Positions 9,501-18,669 of a stretch of DNA of 64,000 nt are shown here, piece by piece. The translations under genes were made by a program, and so were the position numbers. The stretch is from NCBI GenBank assembly GCA_964636545.1, contig CAZWSR010000003.1, positions 1 through 64,000 of the forward strand. The letters run 5' to 3'. Origin of the DNA: Candidatus Undinarchaeota archaeon (lineage in GTDB: Archaea; Undinarchaeota; Undinarchaeia; Undinarchaeales; UBA543). The notes beneath the pieces are model-generated. The model searched no databases. It was not told the origin of the DNA and worked only from the letters and a program-made list of their open reading frames with translations. Numbering within the stretch: position 1 is the first letter of the stretch; each line of letters opens with the position of its first letter.

Positions 9501-10708
9501 ATTGACACATTTGCAAATGAGCCAGCAGTTGCATTAAGATTGTAGGACGTGTTTGTCATGGACACGTTGTTGTAATAGTCGAACACACTACGGTTTATAC
9601 AATTAAGTTCATCAAAAAGAGTGTCCATAGCATATGTGAAATTACTTGTGTTACTGGACCAGTTACCTTTAGAAGATGTCACATTAATTGTATAAGGTGT
9701 GTAATTCATCAATAGCGATCTTTCTATGCTTGTGAGGTTACCTTGGACAACATATTCTGTGAAGAAGGTTGTTGCAGTTGTTCCGTTTGTTGTTGTCAAA
9801 GACAAGTTCTCAAAACCAGAACCAGCTGAGGACGTCATCTTGACAGTTGCATCAGTCAAATTATTGACATGTTCTGCTATACCCTCAGTGTTGTTGATGA
9901 GGAATCGGACAGGCCAACTAACAGTTATGTTTGTTCCATTAGTTCCAGCAGTTACATTTGCAACAGTGGTGTTGTTGACAGTGATGTTTTGTTGCCAAGA
10001 CAAAATGTTGTAGGTGTTGGTTGTGGATGAGATGTTGCTGTTTACAAGAGTTATTGGAGTTTGGTTTATCAACAGACCATTTAAGTTATTGAAGAAATAT
10101 GTGTCTGAAATGTTGATTGTTCCATTACTTGCATTCAAAGCAAAACCAAGTGAGTGCTTGACAGTTGTGTTGTTCATCCAAACAGTACCATTGGATTGGA
10201 AACCTGCTTCTGTACCATTTGCGAAATATTCAATATAAGAACCATTCAAGTAGATTGTTGCATCTTCTCCAACACGGAGATTGTATCCAGCATTGGTGTT
10301 ATTGGTTGTGACATTTGAACCGTTTGTTACACTGAAAATTGAAGAGTTTCGGAGAAGGATATCGGTTTTGTTATTAGCAGTACTGTTCATTGTCAGGTTA
10401 GTATTGTCAAGAATGATGGTACCATTGATTGTTATGTTTCCTTCAACAAAAATTGTAACATTAATGAAGGACACAGAAACTGTGCTGTTGTCAGAAGTTA
10501 TGCTCCCAGCAACATAGGGATGAAAATTGTAACAGAGCAAACTCTGATTCAGTGCCCAATTTCCAGTCCGGTTAGTGTAATTCTCAATTGAATTACCGCT
10601 AGTATCAGTACAACCTTCAAATGCACTTGCTGAACTTGCAACAAGCAAAAAGGCAAAAATCGCAATTATAGCGATAGTAATATAACCATTAGATTTTTTA
10701 TACGCCAT
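6569..10708 (-). CDS. Large secreted membrane-anchored multidomain surface protein
   Basis: Signal peptide, many N-x-S/T sequons, QW-like repeats (WLKSNQSNDGSW, WMLTKQVAAGSW), Ig-like segments, coiled coil, TM, C-terminal OB-fold-like domain. Confidence 0.85.
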   Translation of the reverse strand: MAYKKSNGYITIAIIAIFAFLLVASSASAFEGCTDTSGNSIENYTNRTGNWALNQSLLCYNFHPYVAGSITSDNSTVSVSFINVTIFVEGNITINGTIILDNTNLTMNSTANNKTDILLRNSSIFSVTNGSNVTTNNTNAGYNLRVGEDATIYLNGSYIEYFANGTEAGFQSNGTVWMNNTTVKHSLGFALNASNGTINISDTYFFNNLNGLLINQTPITLVNSNISSTTNTYNILSWQQNITVNNTTVANVTAGTNGTNITVSWPVRFLINNTEGIAEHVNNLTDATVKMTSSAGSGFENLSLTTTNGTTATTFFTEYVVQGNLTSIERSLLMNYTPYTINVTSSKGNWSSNTSNFTYAMDTLFDELNCINRSVFDYYNNVSMTNTSYNLNATAGSFANVSIVVNNTGNGAFTENWDVINMSSNASSLGWTISFSNSSFNLTNETNQTVVARINVPDTAQPGFNYTFNITAVSGGRGGIQTIAWFHVFMHINNTTSSDGADYGRSSQKASVWLGLNHSISMGFFGSNSTYDTALALWAYNLTHLSNTSTSTQSVIINNTTLWLNQTRELGTDNYFWLDDGGRDGNITTALVLMAMRENGYSETPSQLNNFIDLSSTVGYLENQSNQSESELCWPNMSSTGRPCDAQNTSIVLAALLKSTSYNSTLTTNATAWLKSNQSNDGSWNDNINDTAWAIFALATAGDTTQNTTNGTTWLKDQQNISGHFGSDINIFETALTVMALQAAGATTWTVDVDRNSDTTADRYAGSVKYALDWMLTKQVAAGSWGSSSVNVTALGLLGISNYGSITGNLTGYAAAANYSRIPNATIKLTSGGVDYSSTSNAEGEFIINAPAGTYALTINHTLFETNNTNTSLVISRGLNITENFGLRPELTSVGTNSNERFLNLNGSTLNSGLSYTINGNCSYLFNLTHIEQDFTVNVTNSVGSESTQFYHATIATDVNGTFSFAGTTPTAPDAYVVNITCEDHNGSAFSNTFSLDISSSGSDDDAGGSGVTGGSGGSGADYSMAVTSYDSQVSVIQGRTAKTSFTIKNNGKKTLEGVKLEVIGIPSSWYTLKVSTTGLATEDLTPGESVTFDLTFNPPADAEPKSYTITLKAKDKDGLSIAEKKVTFKVTKVWDTAKIAELNTNIEDIKADLSDATADVKVLTAKGIATDEMKTDLEAFSAAIKNAIEKYNSGDYTESEQYYNEAMELLEKIKSAVAAVDKPPGRIGKWLSSLSLGIVSIFVIILLVGGFVGFIVWYKMFRVIPVSEIEKDADLFSEGARVEGVVKSITETKKGKVFLIQDPTGKLHVRYPFYTTVEKGHLIRATGAVKKYKDVPYMDAQDLHRVTVKHMGGFRKKGGLHRTGGILSSVKGLVSRKK

Positions 10709-10781
10709 TCAATTAACCCCACAAAGTAAAATCTCCTTATCAAAAGGGACTTATAAATGCTTCTATAGAAGTGAAATTTAG

Positions 10782-13700
10782 CTATTTTTTAGGAGATTTT
10801 GAGATTTTCTGACTTTTGAAGTAAACTCCAGCAATAACACCAATAATCAAGAGACTGATAAGCACCACTTTCCAGCTTTTTGCGAATGCGAACTGGACAA
10901 AACCAAGTACCATGTTCTTAGATCGAGCATTCAAGAGTGTGGTTGCTTGAGTTATGTAAGACTGTGCTTCTTCGTAAAGCGCACGAGTTGCTTCAGCATC
11001 GCCCTGGCCAGCAGCCACCATTGCTTGTTGAATAAGAGTATCTGCTTGTTGAAGTAGTTGAGCTACTTCTTTGTTTTTCCTGCTGTTCTTGGCTTCTAAT
11101 TTAACACCATCAAGCTCTTCAGCAAGAAGTTGGACGTCTTGTTTAAGTCCATCAACAAGGAGTTGATTAATATCTTCTTCAGGTTCTTCTTGTTCTTCTT
11201 CAACTTCATCCTCAAGATTTTGGTTCTGGTTTGGAGTGAATCCTCCGCCACCTCCACCTCCGCCACCCCAGCCGTTATCTTCTTCTTCCTCAACTGGGAG
11301 GGGGCTTGCGAAAAGAGCATATTCACTGAAACCAGTTAGATTTATTTGGATATGGTTATTTTCTGTGTCAAGAACTGTGTTGTCAGAATCAGAAACAAGC
11401 ACCCAAGTTGTTCCAACAAGTTTGTAAACTTGGAGTGTTGACTCGTCAAGAGTTCCAGCAACATTGTTTTGGTTGTAATAGAAATCAACAATTGCATAAG
11501 ACAATGAGCTGTTGATATTGTTGTCAGGAATTATTTCATAGAATCTGGAAACATTTAGTTTATCAGCTGGACCGGTTGTCAAATTAGGGTCAGAAGTGTA
11601 TACTCTGGCTGAGGAAACTGCGTTATTTTTTGTCTGATTAAGTGTGACAGTTAATTTGATTTCGTCAGAAGCAAGAACAAGTATTGGAACATTTGCAGTT
11701 ATTGTTGGAGTTGTGTTTGTATAGATTTTTTCAGCAATTTCAAATGTGCCTGCAGTTGAATTTGAGTTTTGAGCATTGTCAAAAACAGTGATTGAGTAAT
11801 TGTAAAGTTTTGTTGGGTAATCTGTGCTGTCGAAAGTATAATAGTAACCATTTGCAGACCCTTGAGTCATATTTTGTTTGGTTCCACTAATGTTTAATTC
11901 AATATAATCAATAGCATGTCTGTCAGTAGCTGAAACTGTGAAGTTGATTGTCTCTGTGCGGTTTATTAGAAGACCTGAAGTTGTGTCAGTGATATTTGGA
12001 TTCTCTAAATCAACTGTGAAAACATAATTGTCAGCACCTGAGACATTGTTTTGAGTAGTGTCATTAACTTGGCAGTTCCAAATATAATTTCCATCTGGAA
12101 TGTTTGTGACATTTTGCAGAATAATTGTGCTGGATGTGCCATTGGTGATATTGGAAACATTTGAAGCCAATGCCCCAGAGATATTTGTGAACAAGGTCAC
12201 TGTACTTATGTTATAATCATCTGTTGCAAGGCATGTGAAACTAAAGTTTGTCTGAGATGTGTTAAGGAAATTTGCAGGGGAATTTAATGTAACTTCAGGA
12301 GGTGTTGTGTCAGTTGGAGTTCTTGTTGTGTTGTTTACCCAAGTGAAATTGGCAGTTCCACGATTATCAACAGTTCGCAATCCAATTTCATAAGTAGTGT
12401 TGATGCTAGCGGTTGTGAAATTGTAGAATTCACCTGAAACATTTGCATATAATGAATCATTTATCCAAACTTCAGTGTGGTTGAAATCAACATCGCCTGG
12501 GTTTGTCCAATTCCAGTAAATCCAAGTATAGTTCATTGAAACATTTGTTAGATTTCCAATTGTAGCAGGTGGCAGGTCAACAACTAAAGTGTAATTATTA
12601 GTTGCGAAAGTTGTTTCATTGATGCTGTCGTTTGCAAAACAATTCCAAGAGTATGAGCCAGATGGAATGTTAGCAATTGTCCAGTTTGTCCAGTTCCAAG
12701 AACCACCAGGATTGAAGTTTCTGGTTTGGTTTTCATGCCAGGTTCCAGAGATATTGTGGTAAAGATTAACGTCAGTGATGTTGTAGCTTGTGGTTGCTGA
12801 GCAATTGAAAGTTACATTTCCAGTTGTTGAAACATTGTTGTCAGCTGGCTCATGAATGTCGGAAGTTAAGGTTGCCATGTCTTGAGAACTGATAAGAGAA
12901 TAGAGTTCTGTTGTTGTTGGGATAGTTGTTCCATTAACAACCAAAGTCCAGATACCTTCGGCAGGGTCAATGATATTGATTTGTTCTACAACGTTTAGAG
13001 AATCAGTTAAGTTTTGGCGAGCTGGAACAGAGGCGTTGGTTGGTGATAATGTCCAAGGATAATATTGAGTCCCATTTGGTGCAAATACAATAAGGTCAAG
13101 ATTATTAACAAGTTCAGTGGCAGCTTCTGCAACTCCTGGATAGTCGTCCCAAGCAAGAGTGAACTTGAGATTCTCGTTAGTGTTATTTACAAAGAAAGTG
13201 TAGGTGTCGTTTTGTGAGTTAGTGACATTGTCTTGGATTATCAACAAGTTAGTTGAAGTATCATTTGTTACAAAATCAATAGCTTCAGTTGCATTAACTA
13301 ATCCATATCCAGTTTTGAAATCAGGACCAGTTTCTTCAACATCCATTGCAGTGTGAGTAAGTAATGCTTTGAAAGTTGCAGGCCTGACAGAGTTAACATG
13401 GGTTGCAGACCATTTTTGCTGGATAAGTGCAATTACACCAGAAACAGTAGGAGCTGACATTGAAGTTCCGGATTTTTTGCAGTAGGTGTCAGACAAACAA
13501 GTTGAATTTAATAATGAACCAATTGCAACAACATCTGGTTTAAGACGGCCGTCATCTGTTGGACCCCAACTGCTGTAAGATGACATTGACAAATCCTTAT
13601 CAAGAGCACCAACAGTTATTGGATTTTTAGCAGTTGCAACAGGCCCAGTTGTTGTGTTGTAAGTGTGAGATCCTTGATTAACATACCCACAGTAATAACG

Positions 13701-14831
13701 TTGACCATCAAAAGAAGAAGATCGTTCATTTCCAGCAGAAGCAACAACAGTTAGTGGAGAATCAATATATTCTGCAGTGCCGTCAACAAGATGATCAAAT
13801 GCAATTGAAAATGAATCGTATTGACCCATTTGAGAGCAATCACCATGCACATTATATCCCCAAGAATTTTGAGAAAGCATTGCCCCATAAACTGCAACTG
13901 ACTCATTTGACTCAAGATATAATTCATTTGTAGTGCCAGGCCACTCATAACTGATTAAAGTTGCCTGTGGAGCCATACCTTTCTGCTCTTCAACAGCACC
14001 GCCAAGTGATTGACTGAGTGTGCCGTTACCCATCATGGTTCCTGCAACATGAGTTGAGTGAGAATGTGGAGAACCGTCATTTGGATCAGCGATTGTAACG
14101 CGACCATCAAGATCAGAGTGAACAGCGTGGCCAGCATCCCATTCAGCTAAGACCACACCACTACCATTCATATAATTATAAGATACGCTTTGAAGGAAAT
14201 TAACACCGATTCCAGCTCTGCTATCAACATTGTTTGCAAGTAAAGGAAGGGGCGCATGTTCTACCCATTCTACAATATCTTCAGAAGCAAGACCACTGAC
14301 CTGATTTTCCTGAACTTCAGCAAGCCAAACATTTCCAACAACTGGCTCAGAAACAACAGAACCGTAACTTTCAACTATTGTGCGAGCTTCACTTGTTGAA
14401 ACATCTGGGAAAAAGACAATTGAAATTTCTTGAGTTTGTTCTGATTCACTAATTTCAATTGTATCAGCAATTTTGTCAGATGAGGAAAGGTCGCCACTAA
14501 ATGTTAGCCCGTGATTGCCAAGATAGGATTCTCCAGAAGGAGTTATGCGGGCAAACCAGGCATTATCTGGAATATAATTAAGAAGATGAACTCCGTTTTG
14601 TGCAAATTCTGCTTTTTCAGCATCGGTTGGGATGTGGTCAAGCTGAATGATTTTACGGGTTGGGGAATTGCCCTGATCAGCGCCGTTTGCAGCAAATTGT
14701 TGAATATTTGTTGGGGTGATTGATCTTGATTTTAGGTGAATTGTCTTCCCATTTGGATTAATACCGGGCCCAATACTGCAGATTAGTAAAATGAGTAGGA
14801 ACAATGCAATAAGAGGAGGGAGTTTCTTCAT
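10782..14831 (-). CDS. S8 (subtilisin-like) serine protease, surface anchored
   Basis: Triad motifs WDAG, HSTHVAG, SGTSMSAP; SAGN oxyanion; SSWGPTDDGRLKPD; signal peptide and C-terminal TM. Confidence 0.9.
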   Translation of the reverse strand: MKKLPPLIALFLLILLICSIGPGINPNGKTIHLKSRSITPTNIQQFAANGADQGNSPTRKIIQLDHIPTDAEKAEFAQNGVHLLNYIPDNAWFARITPSGESYLGNHGLTFSGDLSSSDKIADTIEISESEQTQEISIVFFPDVSTSEARTIVESYGSVVSEPVVGNVWLAEVQENQVSGLASEDIVEWVEHAPLPLLANNVDSRAGIGVNFLQSVSYNYMNGSGVVLAEWDAGHAVHSDLDGRVTIADPNDGSPHSHSTHVAGTMMGNGTLSQSLGGAVEEQKGMAPQATLISYEWPGTTNELYLESNESVAVYGAMLSQNSWGYNVHGDCSQMGQYDSFSIAFDHLVDGTAEYIDSPLTVVASAGNERSSSFDGQRYYCGYVNQGSHTYNTTTGPVATAKNPITVGALDKDLSMSSYSSWGPTDDGRLKPDVVAIGSLLNSTCLSDTYCKKSGTSMSAPTVSGVIALIQQKWSATHVNSVRPATFKALLTHTAMDVEETGPDFKTGYGLVNATEAIDFVTNDTSTNLLIIQDNVTNSQNDTYTFFVNNTNENLKFTLAWDDYPGVAEAATELVNNLDLIVFAPNGTQYYPWTLSPTNASVPARQNLTDSLNVVEQINIIDPAEGIWTLVVNGTTIPTTTELYSLISSQDMATLTSDIHEPADNNVSTTGNVTFNCSATTSYNITDVNLYHNISGTWHENQTRNFNPGGSWNWTNWTIANIPSGSYSWNCFANDSINETTFATNNYTLVVDLPPATIGNLTNVSMNYTWIYWNWTNPGDVDFNHTEVWINDSLYANVSGEFYNFTTASINTTYEIGLRTVDNRGTANFTWVNNTTRTPTDTTPPEVTLNSPANFLNTSQTNFSFTCLATDDYNISTVTLFTNISGALASNVSNITNGTSSTIILQNVTNIPDGNYIWNCQVNDTTQNNVSGADNYVFTVDLENPNITDTTSGLLINRTETINFTVSATDRHAIDYIELNISGTKQNMTQGSANGYYYTFDSTDYPTKLYNYSITVFDNAQNSNSTAGTFEIAEKIYTNTTPTITANVPILVLASDEIKLTVTLNQTKNNAVSSARVYTSDPNLTTGPADKLNVSRFYEIIPDNNINSSLSYAIVDFYYNQNNVAGTLDESTLQVYKLVGTTWVLVSDSDNTVLDTENNHIQINLTGFSEYALFASPLPVEEEEDNGWGGGGGGGGGFTPNQNQNLEDEVEEEQEEPEEDINQLLVDGLKQDVQLLAEELDGVKLEAKNSRKNKEVAQLLQQADTLIQQAMVAAGQGDAEATRALYEEAQSYITQATTLLNARSKNMVLGFVQFAFAKSWKVVLISLLIIGVIAGVYFKSQKISKSPKK

Positions 14832-14915
14832 TGCAAATAAGGTGGGCGCGGAGGTATATAAGATTTTGTTGAAGCTAACTCAACCTATTTAAATAAGGAA
14901 AAACTAATCCCGAAT

Positions 14916-15542
14916 ATGTTCTGGAATATTGATTGGGGCGACATATCACGAAACCACAAGATTATTGGATTTACTGGATTAGGATTGTTGTTATTTTATT
15001 TTGTATTATCAATTTTCTGGGGCGGTTTTAGGGGGATATTTTTCAGGGGCTTGTTTATGTTTGTGAGTTTCATTGTAAAACCTAGTATGATAATAGTGCT
15101 TGTCCCAATTTACATTAACTGGATAACAAGTGACTTTTTTCAGGAGCGAAAAGGCACAAGCTTTGTGAATGCATTAACAAACGGAGTTGCTGGGTCTTGG
15201 ATTTGTGTTGAGTGGATACGTATGTCAGTGAAAGTAAATAGTGCTGACCCAAACTTTTTATTGCTGATTGGAAAAATAATGCTGAGCTTGCTGGTTTTGC
15301 TTTATGCGGCGTTGGTTATTAAGGATGCTTGGAAAGGAGAAGGAGTTGTTAGATTTATTGGAAGAGCAAGAGAAATGGGATATATTTCAATAATGATGAC
15401 GCCAATAATTTACAATGCAGTTCCACTTAGTTTTAGCACATTAGTGGCAGTGATTTTGATGTTCCCTGTTTTCTATGGAGTTATTGACTTTTTGGAGTTT
15501 GCAGTTATACCAACTCCGAAGTTTATGAAGAAGAAATTGTAA
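14916..15542 (+). CDS. Multi-pass membrane protein
   Basis: 208 aa, 5-6 hydrophobic helices; TATA-like atttaaata upstream. Confidence 0.75.
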   Translation: MFWNIDWGDISRNHKIIGFTGLGLLLFYFVLSIFWGGFRGIFFRGLFMFVSFIVKPSMIIVLVPIYINWITSDFFQERKGTSFVNALTNGVAGSWICVEWIRMSVKVNSADPNFLLLIGKIMLSLLVLLYAALVIKDAWKGEGVVRFIGRAREMGYISIMMTPIIYNAVPLSFSTLVAVILMFPVFYGVIDFLEFAVIPTPKFMKKKL

Positions 15543-16937
15543 TTACTTTACGAATGAGTTAAATGACATAACGTACTTATCGATGAAATTCTCATATGCT
15601 GTTGGTGGGGCTGTGAATTGATATTGAATGTTGTGTACACCTGGCGCAACATCAACAATTGCTGGAAAAATCGAGCGAATGCAAGTAGTTAGTGTAGGTA
15701 GATATAGATTTAGGAGTGCTGCTTGAACTTTTTTATTACATACAGATATTGCTTTTTCCCAACTCTCCCAACAGATAACAGCTTCCCTTGAAATAGTTGC
15801 AACCTCTGCTTTCAAGAATTTGTCCTTGAACATTACTGCAAACCAAGTTGGAATGTGGGTGCCAGGATTGGTTGTTAGAAGATAAAACTGCATTGCAGGG
15901 TTTGCCTTTGCTAATTTATTGTTGTGAACATATTTAGTCTGTAAGTCATTAGCGTGTCCAATTTGATTATGTAAGTGGTGAGCAAGACGTTCCTTACTAA
16001 TTTCACGGGGGGCAATTTCAGTTAGTGATTTTTCAACCATAACATCATTTACTAAATTAGCTACAATATCAAGGACATCAACATCTTTGAGGTCCTTTAC
16101 TTTTGAAGCTTTTTTCAATTGTTTTTTAGCTTCGACATTATGGTTATTCATTGCAAAAAAGGAGGCTTTGACTTGGTCAAGATGATGGAAAACTTCATGG
16201 AAAATTGAAGTATAAAAATTAGCTCCAGCATTTGCGTTTTTCTCAAATCTATCCTGTTTTAGATACACAATTAAATTCTCATCATCATTATTATCCACTT
16301 CTGTTGCAAAATTTGGATAATTATTGTCGTGGAGGATTATGAAAATCTGCTTACTGGAAATTGTTGGATACTTTTCAAGTAAAAAAGCAACTGGAGCAAG
16401 AACTTGAGTTGCAAAATATTTGCGATGAGTGTCCAGAAACGCGACTTTGTCAGTTGGAGAACTGCTGAACTGCATAGCGATTTTAACTGGTTTGGAATCT
16501 TTTTCTTTTGAGACATTTGCAGTGTATGCAAGTAGGGCTTTCTTATTATCAGAAAAGGTTATCTCGGTGTTTGCTGCTGCCTTTTTCATCATATCTTCGG
16601 TTTTATAAGTAGAAATAAGCTTGAGTAATCCTTTTGGAGGTTCTACTTTTTCATATTTTTTATAATCGCGAGGTTTGAATTGTGGTTCTGCAGATTCAGT
16701 TTTTGTTTTTTCAATACTTTTCTGAACATCTGCTGGATCAAGTGCCTTGAAACTTCCTTTTGTTGGAACAGGATATGATTTGGTTTTGCTTACCTTGAAT
16801 GCGTTTTCTGATCCTTTTCCCCAGCCACCTTTGCCAAGTTTAGGATGTTTTTTTCTGTATTTTCGCCAGATTATAATAATTATAATTAGAACAACGAGAA
16901 TTCCACCACCGCCACCATACATCATTATTGGTTCCAT
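15543..16937 (-). CDS. Membrane-anchored putative zinc metallopeptidase-like protein
   Basis: N-terminal TM; HEVFH (HExxH) followed by NLVND. Confidence 0.6.
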   Translation of the reverse strand: MEPIMMYGGGGGILVVLIIIIIIWRKYRKKHPKLGKGGWGKGSENAFKVSKTKSYPVPTKGSFKALDPADVQKSIEKTKTESAEPQFKPRDYKKYEKVEPPKGLLKLISTYKTEDMMKKAAANTEITFSDNKKALLAYTANVSKEKDSKPVKIAMQFSSSPTDKVAFLDTHRKYFATQVLAPVAFLLEKYPTISSKQIFIILHDNNYPNFATEVDNNDDENLIVYLKQDRFEKNANAGANFYTSIFHEVFHHLDQVKASFFAMNNHNVEAKKQLKKASKVKDLKDVDVLDIVANLVNDVMVEKSLTEIAPREISKERLAHHLHNQIGHANDLQTKYVHNNKLAKANPAMQFYLLTTNPGTHIPTWFAVMFKDKFLKAEVATISREAVICWESWEKAISVCNKKVQAALLNLYLPTLTTCIRSIFPAIVDVAPGVHNIQYQFTAPPTAYENFIDKYVMSFNSFVK

Positions 16938-18134
16938 CTATTTTGAGCAACTTATTTTAATCACATCGCCATTTTTCAGCTCGTGATCTGCGCCAAGCTT
17001 CATTTTGGTTTTTGCATTAACACCGCAAATGAAGTTTTCACCAATATCTGTGTGAATTTTATAAGCTAATTGCTTTGTGGTAGTGCCTTTTGAAACTAAA
17101 TGGACATCTGGGAGAACATTTCCATTCTTGTCAGTGTATTTATTCTCATCTTCAACTGGGAAAACCGCTATCAAGTCCAGCATTTCAAACGCTGCTTTGT
17201 CTAATGCTTGCTGAACTCCGGTGCCATTGAATTTCTTAAGAACATTATCTTTAATGAATGTTAATCCTTTTTTCTGGCTGTCAGAAAGCCCTTCTCCAAA
17301 TGTAAAATCAGTTTCTCCAGGGTAATAATTTATTAAATCTTTTTCAGCTGCTCTGCGAAGTGCAAGTTCGGAATCAGCAGAAGTTGAAATTAGCATATTT
17401 TCAGTATTTTCCAATGGTTTCAGATTTTTTTCAGCTTCTGGAATATCGCATTTGTTTGCGCAAAGCATTATTGGTTTTGAAATTTCACGCATTCGGCCAG
17501 CGAATTTAAGCAAAGCATCCTCATCCCAGTTTGCTGGATCTTCCAAGTTAAGTTCAGAGTCTTTTGCTGCCTTGATTATCATTGATTCAGTTACTCCAAG
17601 TCCAGAAAACCGTTCTGCAAGCTCTTTTCCAACATCTTTTTTCATTTGTTGGATTTCGCGAGTGAGTTTTTGCCAATCTTTTTTAAGAAGTGATAAGAAC
17701 CAAAGGTCAATTTCTTCTTCTAGGAATTTTACATCCTCAACTGGGTCGTGTTCTCCGGGGTTGCACGGTTTTCCTTCAGCATCAGTTGCTCCAGCAGCGT
17801 CAATTATGTGAAGAAGTGCGTCAGCATTACAGAGATCATCAAGAAATTGGTTTCCAAGTCCTTTTCCTTCATGAGCTCCTTTGACTAAACCAGCAACATC
17901 AAGCAGGTCAATTGGAACAAGTCGAGTTCCATTGTGGCAGGAACCGTGTTTTGGCTTGCATTCGACTTTGAGTTCTTTGCAAGCGCATTTGACTCTGACA
18001 TATCCAACTCCGCGGTTTGCTTTGATAGTTGTGAATGGATAATTTGCGATTTCAGCTCCAGCCATAGTTGCTGCATTAAAGAAAGTTGATTTTCCACAGT
18101 TAGGTTTGCCAACTAGGCCTAAGATTTTGGTCAT
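16938..18134 (-). CDS. ychF: YchF/Obg-family translation-associated NTPase with TGS domain
   Basis: GKPNCGKST, YPFTT, DVAGL, NKCD, C-terminal TGS. Confidence 0.9.
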   Translation of the reverse strand: MTKILGLVGKPNCGKSTFFNAATMAGAEIANYPFTTIKANRGVGYVRVKCACKELKVECKPKHGSCHNGTRLVPIDLLDVAGLVKGAHEGKGLGNQFLDDLCNADALLHIIDAAGATDAEGKPCNPGEHDPVEDVKFLEEEIDLWFLSLLKKDWQKLTREIQQMKKDVGKELAERFSGLGVTESMIIKAAKDSELNLEDPANWDEDALLKFAGRMREISKPIMLCANKCDIPEAEKNLKPLENTENMLISTSADSELALRRAAEKDLINYYPGETDFTFGEGLSDSQKKGLTFIKDNVLKKFNGTGVQQALDKAAFEMLDLIAVFPVEDENKYTDKNGNVLPDVHLVSKGTTTKQLAYKIHTDIGENFICGVNAKTKMKLGADHELKNGDVIKISCSK

Positions 18135-18174
18135 TGCACTACCGCAATCTATTTATTAATACAAGTATATTAAT

Positions 18175-18669
18175 ATGACCATGAGACTGCCAATTTGCGG
18201 GGCTTGTCTTGAGTCAGAAAAACTTTGCGAAGGATGCTCAGATAGGCTTGAAAAAGGTGAGATCCAGCATTCGGATGTTGAACTAGCAAGAGCAATGGCA
18301 AAAGTTTCAGAACAGCACCCGCAATTAGAGAAAGCAGAGTTTTTGAAAACACATGCAAATGATGATTTATTTGTTGTTGAAGTTCCAAAAGGCAGTGCTG
18401 GTCAGATTATTGGGAAAAAAGGCGCACTGATTAAGGAATTATGCACTCACATGGGAAAAAGAATTAAGATTGTTGAAGAAACTAATGAGAAGCGCGAATT
18501 TGTTGAGAAAGTTTTGAATCCAGCAAAAATGAAAGGCATTACAGTTGGAGACAAAACATTCAAAATTTATGTTGATAGAATGGATGAGAAAAGAATCGGG
18601 AACAAGGCACCGTTTGAGAAGATTTTTTCAGAAGTTATGGGCGGGAAAGCTGAGATTGTATTTGGGTGA
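18175..18669 (+). CDS. NusA-like KH-domain protein with N-terminal Cys cluster
   Basis: CGAC..CEGC; IIGKKG KH motif; RIKIVE. Confidence 0.75.
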   Translation: MTMRLPICGACLESEKLCEGCSDRLEKGEIQHSDVELARAMAKVSEQHPQLEKAEFLKTHANDDLFVVEVPKGSAGQIIGKKGALIKELCTHMGKRIKIVEETNEKREFVEKVLNPAKMKGITVGDKTFKIYVDRMDEKRIGNKAPFEKIFSEVMGGKAEIVFG

